Notes: generated by a model not told the origin, from the sequence alone. A stretch of 64,000 nt of DNA from Alphaproteobacteria bacterium (GCA_963555825.3 CAUVXB020000002.1:1344001-1408000), one strand, 5' to 3'; positions 20,702-30,652 are shown, numbered from the stretch's first letter. Program-made: numbers and translations.

Positions 20702-21462
20702 CCGACACACCGCAAGTGCTGCTCGCCCACCACCTCAAGACGCTGAAGCTGCCGACCTTCCTGCGCGAGTACGACAAGATCGCCCGGCAGTGCGCCTCGG
20801 AAGGCGTCGATCACGTCCGCTACCTGTTGAGACTCGCCGAGCTCGAGCTGATCGACCGCGAGCGCCGCATGGTCGAGCGGCGCATCAAGGCGGCGCGCTT
20901 CCCCGTGGTCAAGAGCCTCGACAGCTTCGACTTCAAGGTCATCCCCTCGCTCAACAAGGCGCTGGTCCTGGAGCTGGCCCGCTGCGAGTACATCGAGCGC
21001 CGCGAGAACCTCATCGCGCTCGGCAACAGTGGGACCGGCAAGACCCACATCGCCCTCGGTCTCGGCCTGGCGGCCTGCCAGAAGGGCCTCTCGGTCGGCT
21101 TCATCACCGCCGCCGCGCTGGTCCACGAACTCATCGAGGCCCGCGATGACAAGCAGCTGCTGAGGTTCCAGAAGAAGCTCGCCACCTACAAGCTTCTGAT
21201 CGTCGACGAACTCGGCTTCGTGCCGCTGTCGAAGACCGGCGCCGAGCTGTTGTTCGAGGTGTTCAGCCAACGCTACGAGCGGGGCTCGACCCTGGTCACC
21301 ACCAATCTGCCCTTCGACGAATGGACCGAGGTGTTCGGCTCCGAGCGCCTCACCGGCGCGCTCCTCGATCGCCTCACCCACCACGTCAACATCCTCGAGA
21401 TGAACGGTGACAGCTACAGGCTCAACCAGAGCCGCAGGCGTCAAACCCCGACTGCTAACTGA
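20698..21462 (+). CDS. istB: IS21 helper ATPase
   Basis: GNSGTGKT, LIVDELG, LDRLTHH. Confidence 0.95.
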   Translation: MTDTPQVLLAHHLKTLKLPTFLREYDKIARQCASEGVDHVRYLLRLAELELIDRERRMVERRIKAARFPVVKSLDSFDFKVIPSLNKALVLELARCEYIERRENLIALGNSGTGKTHIALGLGLAACQKGLSVGFITAAALVHELIEARDDKQLLRFQKKLATYKLLIVDELGFVPLSKTGAELLFEVFSQRYERGSTLVTTNLPFDEWTEVFGSERLTGALLDRLTHHVNILEMNGDSYRLNQSRRRQTPTAN

Positions 21463-21711
21463 ACCGACCACCCAGCCCACGCTTGACCCCGTGGGCCCAC
21501 AGGTCCCTCCCGCGCGCGCCGCCGCGTCAGCCTGTTGAGGGCACGCCGCGTCGCGCGCGGGGCCCTCCCGTGGACTACGGGGACAAGCCCGCAGCCGCCA
21601 AGCGGTCCCTTCTTACACCGCCGAGGTGGTCCCTTTTTGCTCCGCCATTGACACAAACAACGGAATACACCTTAACCGCGCTGCCAAACTGTCCAACAAA
21701 GTGGGACCACC

Positions 21712-21975
21712 TCAGTTGGCTTCGCCGTGCCAATAGACTTTGAATTGACCGCCATGGCGTTTTGTTAACAGTTGATCGAGTATCGAGTTTCGCGAATGGG
21801 TGTTGGTGAGTCGGAAGAAGACGATTCCCCCATAGTCGGGGGATGTTCCGAGAAGGTAGGAAAACAGCATGGACAGGGCCTGCTCGACGCTAGCATAGGC
21901 CTGGATTGCCCGAGCCCGCCAAACATGTAACTCTATGGCATTGGATGGCTGCTGGGTTAGATCAAGAGTTGTCAT
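21712..21975 (-). CDS. Hypothetical protein, possibly truncated or degraded
   Basis: Lower-GC ORF MTTLDLTQQ...AYASVEQAL; ends close to the IS21 end. Confidence 0.4.
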   Translation of the reverse strand: MTTLDLTQQPSNAIELHVWRARAIQAYASVEQALSMLFSYLLGTSPDYGGIVFFRLTNTHSRNSILDQLLTKRHGGQFKVYWHGEAN

Positions 21976-22120
21976 GACCAGACCTCCCGATAAGTCGACA
22001 ACCGAAGAAGTATCGTCCGTCCGCGAAGACGAGGTGCTCCGGCGGATGCTGAACACGCCGCCGAAGCTGCACAAGGATAAGCCGCAGGCACGGAAGCCTA
22101 TGAAACTCAGTCCCGAGTGA
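21974..22120 (+). CDS. Small hypothetical protein (EDEVLRRMLNTPPK)
   Basis: Short basic ORF; resembles, from memory, small ORFs seen near IS1595 elements. Confidence 0.4.
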   Translation: MTRPPDKSTTEEVSSVREDEVLRRMLNTPPKLHKDKPQARKPMKLSPE

Positions 22121-22217
22121 GCCGCGCCCGGTCAGACTACCCCCAACAACCTACTTGCGTCTTGGTCCAGAACTCGGCAAGGTGTATCGCACCCGGTTCC
22201 TTGGACACAAGTTTGTC

Positions 22218-23129
22218 TCATGCGGCGGGCCTGAGTGACATCGCGGTGTGCCACGCCTGACGAGCTTGAGCGGGGCTCAGGTAGCCGTTCTTCTCCACGA
22301 TCCACTGGGCATTGTACTGTTCGACGAACCCGCGGACGGCGTTCCGCAGCTCCGCGATGTTGCGGTAGATGCGGCCATGGATGATCTGTTCCTTGAGCGT
22401 GCGATTGAACCTCTCGGCGACGCCGTTGGTCTGGGGCTGTTCGACGAAGGCGTAGGACGGCTGGATGCCCCAGAACTTGATCTGGTTGGTGAAGTGGTCC
22501 GACAGATACTGGGAGCCGTGATCCATCCGCAAGGCCAGCCCCCGCGCCGCACCGGCGGAGGTCGAGGCATACAGCCTCGCAAGCCCCATGGAGATCGGCT
22601 GAAGGGCGGCGAAGCGGTCGCCTCGCTTGCACACATGCCAGCCGACGCACTCGGCGTTCCAATGCTCGATGGCGGTGAATATCCAGCCCCAGCCGTCGTC
22701 CACCGTGAACACCCGAACGCCGTCCGTGCCCCACATGAGGTTGGGGGCATGGGTGATGATCTCACCGACATGGGGATTTCCGCCACGGCGGCGGCAGCGA
22801 TGGGGCGAGAGCAGGTTGTTCTCGCGCATCACCCGGAGCCCCCGCTTGCGGGAAACACGGATGCCACGACAGACCCGAAGCCGAGCCCAGACCTTGCGGT
22901 GTCCCTCGCCCTCCCAGGGGGATGCCTCCAGGTCGGCCTCGATGGCCACCAGCAGAGCCTCGTCCGAGATCGAGGGCTTCGGTCCCCGGCGCTTTGCTGG
23001 TGGGCGCTCAGCGGTGGCCTGCTGCCGGGATTTCATGGCGTAGAACGAGGAACGGGCAAAACCCCAGGCCGCACAGACCCGCTGGAGGCCGTAGGCCAAA
23101 CCCGTGCCGGGAGAGGTGGCGGCACTCAT
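22218..23129 (-). CDS. DDE integrase-core transposase (OrfB)
   Basis: WGTD, MDHGSQY, NGVAERFNRTLKE. Confidence 0.9.
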   Translation of the reverse strand: MSAATSPGTGLAYGLQRVCAAWGFARSSFYAMKSRQQATAERPPAKRRGPKPSISDEALLVAIEADLEASPWEGEGHRKVWARLRVCRGIRVSRKRGLRVMRENNLLSPHRCRRRGGNPHVGEIITHAPNLMWGTDGVRVFTVDDGWGWIFTAIEHWNAECVGWHVCKRGDRFAALQPISMGLARLYASTSAGAARGLALRMDHGSQYLSDHFTNQIKFWGIQPSYAFVEQPQTNGVAERFNRTLKEQIIHGRIYRNIAELRNAVRGFVEQYNAQWIVEKNGYLSPAQARQAWHTAMSLRPAA

Positions 23130-23536
23130 CGCCGCGACCTCCGCCGCCCCAAAGGGCCGGACGTCTCCGTCTTGGCCTCCAGCAGTTCCACCTGCATGAT
23201 CAACTCCCCGATCCGCTTCATGGCGATGTCCAGTTCCGCCTTCACCGGATCGCCCTTGCGTTCCTTGAGCGAGGCATCGATCCCGGCGATCGCCTTCTCA
23301 CGCCACTGCTCGAGCCGGAAAATCTCCACGCCCAACTGCCGCGACAAAAGTTCCACCGGCTCGCCACGCAAAAGCCGCAGGGCAACCTCACGCTTGCGCG
23401 TCACCGTCCACCGCTGGCCAAGTCCCAGCGGGCCTGCCGGCGAAACCTGGCCCGGGGAAAACGTGGACGAGCCAAGCTCGCCCTCGTTTACCACAGGCCC
23501 ATCAACAGCAACTTTGTTCTCAAAATTGTCGGTCAT
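23126..23536 (-). CDS. Transposase OrfA (HTH)
   Basis: RKREVALRLLRGE...LSRQLGV; ATGA overlap with OrfB. Confidence 0.8.
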   Translation of the reverse strand: MTDNFENKVAVDGPVVNEGELGSSTFSPGQVSPAGPLGLGQRWTVTRKREVALRLLRGEPVELLSRQLGVEIFRLEQWREKAIAGIDASLKERKGDPVKAELDIAMKRIGELIMQVELLEAKTETSGPLGRRRSRR

Positions 23537-23637
23537 GTTCCGGTCCTCCTTGGACACTTCGATTAAGCCAATTCTGTGTCCAAGGAAATCGGGTCCGACT
23601 CAAGAACTCGGCAAGGTACGGTGTCTGAACTTCGGAG

Positions 23638-24036
23638 TTGGGTCGTATGGGGGTGGGCGGAAAATCCGGGGCGTCGGCTGCACAACAGCGCCCGCAGGAC
23701 ATTGAATTCCACTACATAAAGAGCAATCTATTCCGTGCTATTCATGCGGACGGCGCGTATGGCGGTGTCACCGCGCGAGGATACATCCATTTGAGCTTCA
23801 ACAACGAGCGCCGCGCCATTCCCAGGCGCACTATCCTATCTTTGGATGCGGAAACGCAAACGTCACGAGAAACAGTCATTGAAACGCGTGAGGGGGTAGT
23901 TCGAGAGCTTGAAGTTGATGTTCTTATGGATGAGGTGTCGACGGCGGAGTTGATCGATTGGCTCAAGGCCAAGCTCGATCAACTGCGCGCTGTGAAGAAA
24001 CTTTCCAGAGAGTTGCAGGGACAAAAGGAAGAATGA
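23638..24036 (+). CDS. Hypothetical protein
   Basis: 132-aa protein-like ORF (FHYIKSNLFRAIHADG...REGVVRELEV); lower GC. Confidence 0.6.
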   Translation: MGRMGVGGKSGASAAQQRPQDIEFHYIKSNLFRAIHADGAYGGVTARGYIHLSFNNERRAIPRRTILSLDAETQTSRETVIETREGVVRELEVDVLMDEVSTAELIDWLKAKLDQLRAVKKLSRELQGQKEE

Positions 24037-24397
24037 CCGACCGACAGGAAATATCGCCAACCGGTTCAGGCGACGCAATTTGGTGGGATTTACCTGGGCT
24101 TGGCCCATCTTCTCGCGGCGCAACGCGTCAGTATGAGGGCGAATCACACGCAGAGGAACCAACCGCCGCCACTCGCCCAGCTGATTACCCGCGGTATTTG
24201 CCGGCATTGGTGATTATGGCGGCGGCTGTATCGCTAAGTGGGTTTGTGCTATCCATAGTGAGCGGCGCAATTTGGCCTGTGGCGATGTTGGTAGTAGGCC
24301 TATTGATGCTTTGGCTCTTGGCGCTGTCCGCACGGCGAGCAGTAGCTCGCGCGCGCTGGCGCGTTGATCTTGACGTTTGGCAGGGAATACATTGGAC
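24033..24397 (+). pseudogene. Membrane protein interrupted by ISKra4
   Basis: Hydrophobic ORF runs into the IS end; another hydrophobic fragment at 26054-26281 in a different frame. Confidence 0.5.
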
Positions 24398-26051
24398 GGG
24401 TGTGGGTCTGGTATGGAAAATCTAAGTCATTGATTTAGTGCGTTTTTTGTATCGAGACGAACGGCCGAAATCGGCTATTCGTGACAATGGGCCGCTCCAA
24501 GGCAGGATTTTGTCACGACGGCAGGGTCGAGCAGGGGAAGGTGGGAACGCTCCGCACCGCCAGAAGCGGTACGATGCCGTGTCTCGAAACCCAACATCGG
24601 GAGCATTCCCATGGCAGTATCCCCGCCTCCGGCGCCTTCGTCCATCGATCTTTCCGGCCTGCCTCCTCGGGTCGTCGAGGCGGCCGCCCGGGTGCTCGCA
24701 CTGTGTCGCGAGGAGCTTCGTTCCGAGCCGCGCCCCGAGGCGCCCGAGGAGGTCGAGTTGCGGGTGCGTGAGGCCACGAACGAGTTCGCTCGCGATGTCA
24801 TGGGCGCCGTCATCGAGAACCGGGACGATGGCGCTTCCCGGATCGAGCGGGACGGGCAGAGCTGGTTCCGGGTCGCGGTGACGCCGAAGACGATCATGAC
24901 CTCGCTCGGTCCGGTGACCTACCGGCGAGCGCGTTACCGCAGCGGCGCGAGCGGGGCATCGCCGGTGCCGGTCGACGAGAGCCTGGGCCTCGTCGACGAT
25001 TACCTGACGCGGCCGGCGGCCGAGCTCGGTCTGCTGATGATGGGTCACTGCACGGCCCGGGAAGCGGCGGCGTTCTTTGCGAAGACCGGCGCCATGACGC
25101 CGTCGGTGAGCACCCTGCAGCGCCTGACCCTGAGCATGCACGAATGCTGGGAGAGCCTCGGCCCGGAGACGCTGGGCAGCATCCGTGAGGCCGAGGGCAT
25201 ACCGCAGGACGCGACCACCGCCTCGGTCTCCCTCGACGGCGTCATGGTGCCGCTGAGACCCGGCGAGGACGGTCGCGCCAAGGCCTCCTGGCGCGAGGCT
25301 GCCTGCGGCACGGTCTCCTTCCACGACGCCGAGGGCAAGCGCCTGAAGACCCTCTATCTCGGCCGCATGCCGGAGAGCGGCAAGCTCACGCTGAAGGCGC
25401 AGCTTGCAAGCGAAGTCGCACACATCAGGCGAGCACGCCCCGAGATCGGGATCGTCGCTATCGCCGATGGCGCCGCCGACAACTGGACCTTCCTGGAGAC
25501 CCTGTCGCCCGAAACCGAGGTGATCGACTTCTGGCATGCTTGCGAACATCTGCAAACCGCGTCCGACCATGCCGTGGCGCCCGGCTGGTTCGAGAAGTAC
25601 CGCGAGATCCTCCGTCACGATCCCCGTGGCGTCGCCAAGGTGATCCGGGCGCTGCGCCACCTTCGCGATGCCGCCGCTGCGCCGGACCGGGCCGAGACCG
25701 AGCGGGAACTCGCCTTCTTCCGCAAGCATCGCCATCGCATGCGCTACCACGCCCTGAAGGAAGAGGGCATCGCCATCGGCTCAGGCGTGGTCGAAGCTGC
25801 CAACAAGACCCTGGTGACACAGCGCATGAAGCGCTCCGGCATGCGCTGGCGGATCGTCGGCGGACAGGCTGTTCTGACCTTCCGCGCCCTGATCAAATCC
25901 GGCCGCTTCGAGCGGGCATGGAAGGCCCTGATCAGCGCAACCGACACACCGGCCAACGACAACATCAGTCCACGTGCAGCAGCCATGGCAATCGCTGCCT
26001 GAACTCAACGAACCAAGCCGCAGACATCACTGCCATGCGAGACTCGCACCC
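24398..26051 (+). mobile_element. ISKra4-family element with 8-bp TSD
   Basis: TIR GGGTGTGGGTCTGGTATGG/CCATGCGAGACTCGCACCC; CATTGGAC duplicated at 24390 and 26052. Confidence 0.88.
24611..26002 (+). CDS. ISKra4-family transposase
   Basis: SLDG, ADGA, DFWHA, IGSGVVEAANK, RMKRSGMRW. Confidence 0.9.
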   Translation: MAVSPPPAPSSIDLSGLPPRVVEAAARVLALCREELRSEPRPEAPEEVELRVREATNEFARDVMGAVIENRDDGASRIERDGQSWFRVAVTPKTIMTSLGPVTYRRARYRSGASGASPVPVDESLGLVDDYLTRPAAELGLLMMGHCTAREAAAFFAKTGAMTPSVSTLQRLTLSMHECWESLGPETLGSIREAEGIPQDATTASVSLDGVMVPLRPGEDGRAKASWREAACGTVSFHDAEGKRLKTLYLGRMPESGKLTLKAQLASEVAHIRRARPEIGIVAIADGAADNWTFLETLSPETEVIDFWHACEHLQTASDHAVAPGWFEKYREILRHDPRGVAKVIRALRHLRDAAAAPDRAETERELAFFRKHRHRMRYHALKEEGIAIGSGVVEAANKTLVTQRMKRSGMRWRIVGGQAVLTFRALIKSGRFERAWKALISATDTPANDNISPRAAAMAIAA

Positions 26052-26360
26052 CATTGGACCCCGACGACATCATCAAGCTCGCCTCTTCCAGTGGGCCGTA
26101 CGTCGCCGACAGCCTGATTGTCTCGTTGGGCGTTCTCGTTGGTCGCAGCGCGCCGGTCGTCTTGGATGAATTCCAGGTGTTATGGGCGGTCATTGCCACC
26201 CTTGCGGTGGCGCTTGGCTTGTATCGCATCTTAGTGCGCGGCAGCAAGGGCGGCTCGTCCGGTATCAGTGTTCTTGCCTGACTGGAATCAGCCCCTATTG
26301 GAATCTTTCACGTAAGCCAGCCAGCGGATCAGGCGTAGCGTCGCTTGGCGCTTCTGGGCG

Positions 26361-27275
26361 TCACGCCCCTGCGTGAGTCCGCCGATATGTCAGGCGCTTG
26401 CCGGTGATACCGCGTAGCGCCTCTGTGGCGCGTTCGGCGTCCATCACGTCGCGCGTGTTGTAGCGGAAGTCGAACTCGCCGAGATAGCGCTTGAGGTGCT
26501 TCTGGCTGACGTGCTGGTACACGCCATTGATGCCGCGCTTCATGATCTAAAAATAGTTCTCGACGGTGTTGGTGTGCCAGAACTTGCCGCGCACATACTC
26601 GTTAATCGAGTGATTGACGTGACCGTGGCCCGCGAACTCGCGCCCGACCTTGATGTACTGGCCGGCTTCATCCGTCATCAGGTATGACTTGCGGTCGATC
26701 TGGGTAACGAGGATGGGGCGTAGCGTCTTGGCGTTGACGCCAGGGACGTGGAACGAATGAACGCGACCCTCGCGCTCGACCAGTGCGAACACGGCCTCTT
26801 TCTTGGGCGGGGGTCCATAGGCGCTGTTCCTGGCCTTGCCGCCGACGAACGTCTCATCGGCCTCGACAACCTTGTTCTCGCCACCGACAGGGCCGGACAG
26901 GTCGGGGTTGTCGCGCATGGCTTCACGAATGCGATGCGCCATGAACCACGCGGTCTTGTACGTGACGCCCAGCATCCTATGAAGCTGGTGCGCCGACATG
27001 CCTTTCTTGCTCGCACAGATCAGGTGATTGGCGAGCAGCCACTTATGAAGCGGAACCTTGGAACGCTCGAACAACGTGCCGACAGTCACGGTGAACTGCT
27101 TGCGGCAGTCGGCGCAGAACCACAGACCGGGACGTGCCGACTTGCCCTTGATGCGATGCGCGTTATCAATGACGCCGCAGTGCGGGCAGATCGGGCCGTC
27201 AGGCCAGCGAATAGCCTCTAGATGCTTGCGAGCGGCGTTGACGTCGTTGAAGCGTTTGGCGGTTATGTCGTACAT
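26361..27275 (-). pseudogene. IS1595-family transposase with in-frame TAG (ENYF*IMKRG)
   Basis: CPHC/CADC zinc ribbon; EADETFVGG; TDE; NTVEN; YLGEFDFRYN. Confidence 0.9.
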
Positions 27276-27296
27276 GGCGCATCTCCTTGCTATCTA

Positions 27297-27338
27297 TAAG
27301 GTAATGCGTCCTGTGCGTTTGTCAAGTATATAGTCGCC
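27297..27338 (-). promoter_or_regulatory. IS1595 left end with a sigma70-like promoter
   Basis: Minus strand GGCGACTATATAC-TTGACA-16 nt-TACCTT, then AGGAG RBS before the transposase. Confidence 0.55.
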
Positions 27339-28421
27339 CTTGGTAGGGCGCGACAGGTTGGTGACGATGAAACCGACACGGGGAACCAGGTCGCCGGGGT
27401 GCCACTCCACTTTGGCCACGACACGGCGCTTCTTGTTCCACGATCCGGCCTGATAGCTGAAGCTGGCGTGGAAACGGCGAACATGGTCGGGCGGGCGACC
27501 GACAGGTCGCGTAAGCAGATGGGCAATGTTCCGCTGGAGAATCACGTTCGCTTTGAGGCGGATGACGTAGAGTAATCCCTCAGCTTCGAGATATTCGTAT
27601 ATCTCCGGTGAGGCGAAGGCGGCATCGCCACGAAAATACAGCCGCAGCTTCCTTTCCTTATAGCGCATCACCACCGGCTCCAGAACATTCCGCCACCGTC
27701 GGCACTGTGAACATTACCGGGGCGCAGGGAACATCTCTCCAAGTCGCCGAACTGGTTGAACACGAACAGCGGATGATAGCAGGAACACCCGAAGTGCCCG
27801 TTGTAGGCCGTGCCCTCCTGATCGCCATGGGTCGGGCTGACGGAGCTATCCATGTCGAGAATGATCATATTCGGCGGATGGCGGTCATGAACCTTGTCGA
27901 TCCACACCCCGTTCATGTCGGCCAAGGCTTCAACGTTCTCGTCGGTGGCCAATAGCTCCGTCTCGAAGCGTCCCATCTGGCTGGTGGAAGCGGCCTGTCT
28001 TTCGATGGCCTTGCCGCCGACAATCCAGCGCATGGCGGGATCACGACCCAGACGATCGGCATCGTTCACATCGTCATAGCCGCCAAGACGGCCAAAGACG
28101 GACTGAAGGAACTGCTCCGTTATGCCGTGCCATCCGTTCTTGCCGGTACGGCTGTCGTGGAAAACACCCTCGGCCATCTCAGTCAGGCCGAGGGCATCGT
28201 CAAGCTCCCGGTAGGCGAGCAACCCGGCATCAGAGGTGATCTTGGAACCGTGGAATTCAAGCTTCAAGCGACGGTCAAAAACGACCCGAAGGCACCCCTG
28301 TTTCGATTCACCCATCGGGTGTGCCATATCCGCCGCTCCATGCATGCTACAACTTCATGATTCTTATAGCAGAATAGCCTTCTCGCCGCACTGAATATCG
28401 ACGCTACTTGGGAAATGCGGG
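27339..28421 (-). mobile_element. Truncated, frameshifted IS1380-family element interrupted by IS1595
   Basis: TSDAGLL, LDMDSS, RGDAAF motifs; frameshift near 27695; end CCCGCATTTCCC; 3' part missing. Confidence 0.85.
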
Positions 28422-28475
28422 ATGAAGATGTTACCGAGTTCTCAATGCCTCGAAAGTCCGCTTCGGGTCCAGACT

Positions 28476-29088
28476 GTTCTCTAACTCGGGGGTTGGTTGT
28501 CAAGCTCTCCGTGACGTACCTGCCGGGTTCACTGTTCTCTCCGCGGTAGGGGCTCGGCCCTCCGCATGATGGCGTTGGAGGACGTTGGCGGATCAATGTG
28601 TGAAGCGCGCTTGCCTCGGTGAGGCATCGCAAAGCCTGGATCGATCTCGCCGACGCCGCCGTCCCGACAGGGACATCGGTTCTCTAACTCGGGGGTTGGT
28701 TGTCAAGCTCTCCGTGACGTACCTGCCGGGTTCACTGTTCTCTCCGCGGTAGGGGCTCGGCCCTCCGCATGATGGCGTTGGAGGACGTTGGCGGATCAAT
28801 GTGTGAAGCGCGCTTGCCTCGGTGAGGCATCGCAAAGCCTGGATCGATCTCGCCGACGCCGCCGTCCCGACAGGGACATCGGTTCTCTAACTCGGGGGTT
28901 GGTTGTCAAGCTCTCCGTGACGTACCTGCCGGGTTCACTGTTCTCTCCGCGGTAGGGGCTCGGCCCTCCGCATGATGGCGTTGGAGGACGTTGGCGGATC
29001 AATGTGTGAAGCGCGCTTGCCTCGGTGAGGCATCGCAAAGCCTGGATCGATCTCGCCGACGCCGCCGTCCCGACAGGGACATCGGTTC
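28476..29088. repeat. Three tandem 203-bp direct repeats
   Basis: Units start at 28476, 28679, 28882; GTTC microhomology at 29085. Confidence 0.97.
28905..29085 (-). ncRNA. Putative bridge/seekRNA (also in the other two repeat units); boundaries approximate
   Basis: Two hairpin-split loops whose flanks match target (TGTGTGAA, AGCCTGG) and donor (TGTTCTCT, ATGGCG). Confidence 0.7.
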
Positions 29089-29119
29089 CGCTCTCGCGGA
29101 ATGCTTGGACGTTGTTTCC

Positions 29120-30151
29120 CTATGCGGCCGCCTCCTTGGTTGACCAGATGAAGTCCGTTCCATCACGCCACATGCGATGGAGGATGACCGCCAGCTTCCG
29201 TGCCACGGCGATCTTGGCCTTCTTGAAGCCGATGCGTTTCCACAACCTGTGACCCCAGGCCTTGAGCGCGCACCATCGCGGCACCCGGGTGAGCAGCACG
29301 CCGGCCGCCTCGAAGAGGTAGGTCCTGAGCATTCGATCGCCGCATTTGGAGATCCGCCCCGTCCAATCGACCTCGCCGGAAGCATGGCGGCGCGGCGTCA
29401 GCCCGATGTACGCGCCGACACTCCGGGAACGTCGGAAGCGGCTCGGCTCGTCGATCGCCGAGTGGAAGGCCAAGGCGGTGATCGGCCCGATGCCTGGAAC
29501 CGTCATGGAACGTCTGCTGTCCTCGTCGTTCCGCGCCAGGCCCAGCAGCTTGCGATAGAGCGCGGCGATCTCTCGGCCGACCTTCTCGCGGACTTCCAGA
29601 AGGGGCCGAACGGCCTCCGACAAAAGACCCTGCCCGCCAAGCAGCTCTTCGACCCGGCGACGGAAGACATTGCCGCCCGCCTTGCCGATGACGAGGCCGA
29701 GGTTCTTGAGCAAGCCACGGATCTGGTTCTCGAGATCACGCTTGATCTTGACCAACTGGGCCCGGCTGTTCAGGACGGCCCGTATCTCGTGGCACGCCAC
29801 GCTCTTGACTTGGACCTCCTTGTACCAACCGCACTGCATGATCCGCGCGATCCCGGCGGCATCGTTCCGGTCGCTCTTGTTGATCTGCATCGACAGCGCC
29901 GCCTTGGCATGACGCGCATCGATGCAGATCACCGGCAAGCCGAGCGCCCTGAGCTCATGCCACAGCCAGGTCGTCGTCGGACCGGTCTCCAGACCGATGC
30001 GCTTTGCGTGCGGCGCCGTTGTCCTGATATACGCCGCGATTGCCGCCGGCTCCGAGATCACCACGCCCTCGGACACGATCTCGCCGTTGTCATCGACCAC
30101 GCAGATCGAGGTCTCCTTGAGCGATACATCCATTCCAACATACAGTTCCAT
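29120..30151 (-). CDS. IS110-family DEDD recombinase/transposase
   Basis: VGMDVS, GLE, KSDRNDA, PGIG, GLTP...ASG, ISKCGD, VARKL. Confidence 0.95.
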   Translation of the reverse strand: MELYVGMDVSLKETSICVVDDNGEIVSEGVVISEPAAIAAYIRTTAPHAKRIGLETGPTTTWLWHELRALGLPVICIDARHAKAALSMQINKSDRNDAAGIARIMQCGWYKEVQVKSVACHEIRAVLNSRAQLVKIKRDLENQIRGLLKNLGLVIGKAGGNVFRRRVEELLGGQGLLSEAVRPLLEVREKVGREIAALYRKLLGLARNDEDSRRSMTVPGIGPITALAFHSAIDEPSRFRRSRSVGAYIGLTPRRHASGEVDWTGRISKCGDRMLRTYLFEAAGVLLTRVPRWCALKAWGHRLWKRIGFKKAKIAVARKLAVILHRMWRDGTDFIWSTKEAAA

Positions 30152-30652
30152 AGCTGCTCTCCTGCTCTTTCAGTGTGCTCGCCCGGCCCATGCCGGTCGT
30201 TGCTACATTAAGGAGAGCAGTGCCCGATCCCCGAGTTACGCCATGTGTGAAAACGCCGGCGAATGCTACTAGCGAGGGAGTGTTCAGCATAATGTTCTAA
30301 ATCACCCTATTATAAGATGTTGATTTTGTTGAACTTGAAAATTCGAGAATCCAGAGAAAATCACGCCAAGAGCGCTCGGGAGCAGTTTTCACACAGCCTG
30401 GGTCAACAGCAGACCTCGGCGGCGTCATCACGCGGTGTCCGCTTTCGAGCGGTAAGCCGACGTCGAACGCCTTGTCCCGCGATCCAGCGTCTTTAAGGTC
30501 TGCTAACGAGCGGGAAGCGGACGCCGACGATCAGCCTCTCGTATGTCTGCTCATAGCCATCACCAGACATGCGGCATGCAGAGCGAGTTTGATTCGCGGG
30601 CCGGAACGGATATTCTGAGGCGCGGAACCAGTGGTCTTGCGGGGAACGTCCG

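Larger units (their letters stand above)
19084..21653 (+). mobile_element. IS21-family element, copy 1 (2570 bp)
   Basis: TG...CA ends; matches the inverted copy at 36338-38907; istA/istB. Confidence 0.95.
22183..23602 (-). mobile_element. Two-ORF IS3/IS481-like element flanked by a 14-bp direct repeat
   Basis: TG...CA; imperfect TIR with CCTTGGACACA; AGAACTCGGCAAGG at 22169-22182 and 23603-23616. Confidence 0.88.
28475..30246 (-). mobile_element. IS110/IS1111-type element with triplicated downstream non-coding region
   Basis: Sub-terminal IR TAACTCGGGG (28482)/CCCCGAGTTA (30229); TGT core at both junctions. Confidence 0.88.
28470..30400. mobile_element. IS1182-type MITE (about 162 bp once the IS110 is removed)
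   Basis: Rebuilt left TIR CAGACTGTGTGAAAAC against right end GTTTTCACACAGCCTG; GGTC duplicated at 28466 and 30401; same end type as IS1182 at 34826. Confidence 0.75.

Noticed and set aside
2311-26549. Stop-codon reassignment to explain the in-frame stops
   Set aside because: The two stops differ (TAA and TAG), and both codons end normal genes in this window.
28264-29038. Repeated 80-aa ORFs (MRCLTEAS...)
   Set aside because: By-product of the 203-bp repeat, which is better explained as a structured IS non-coding region.
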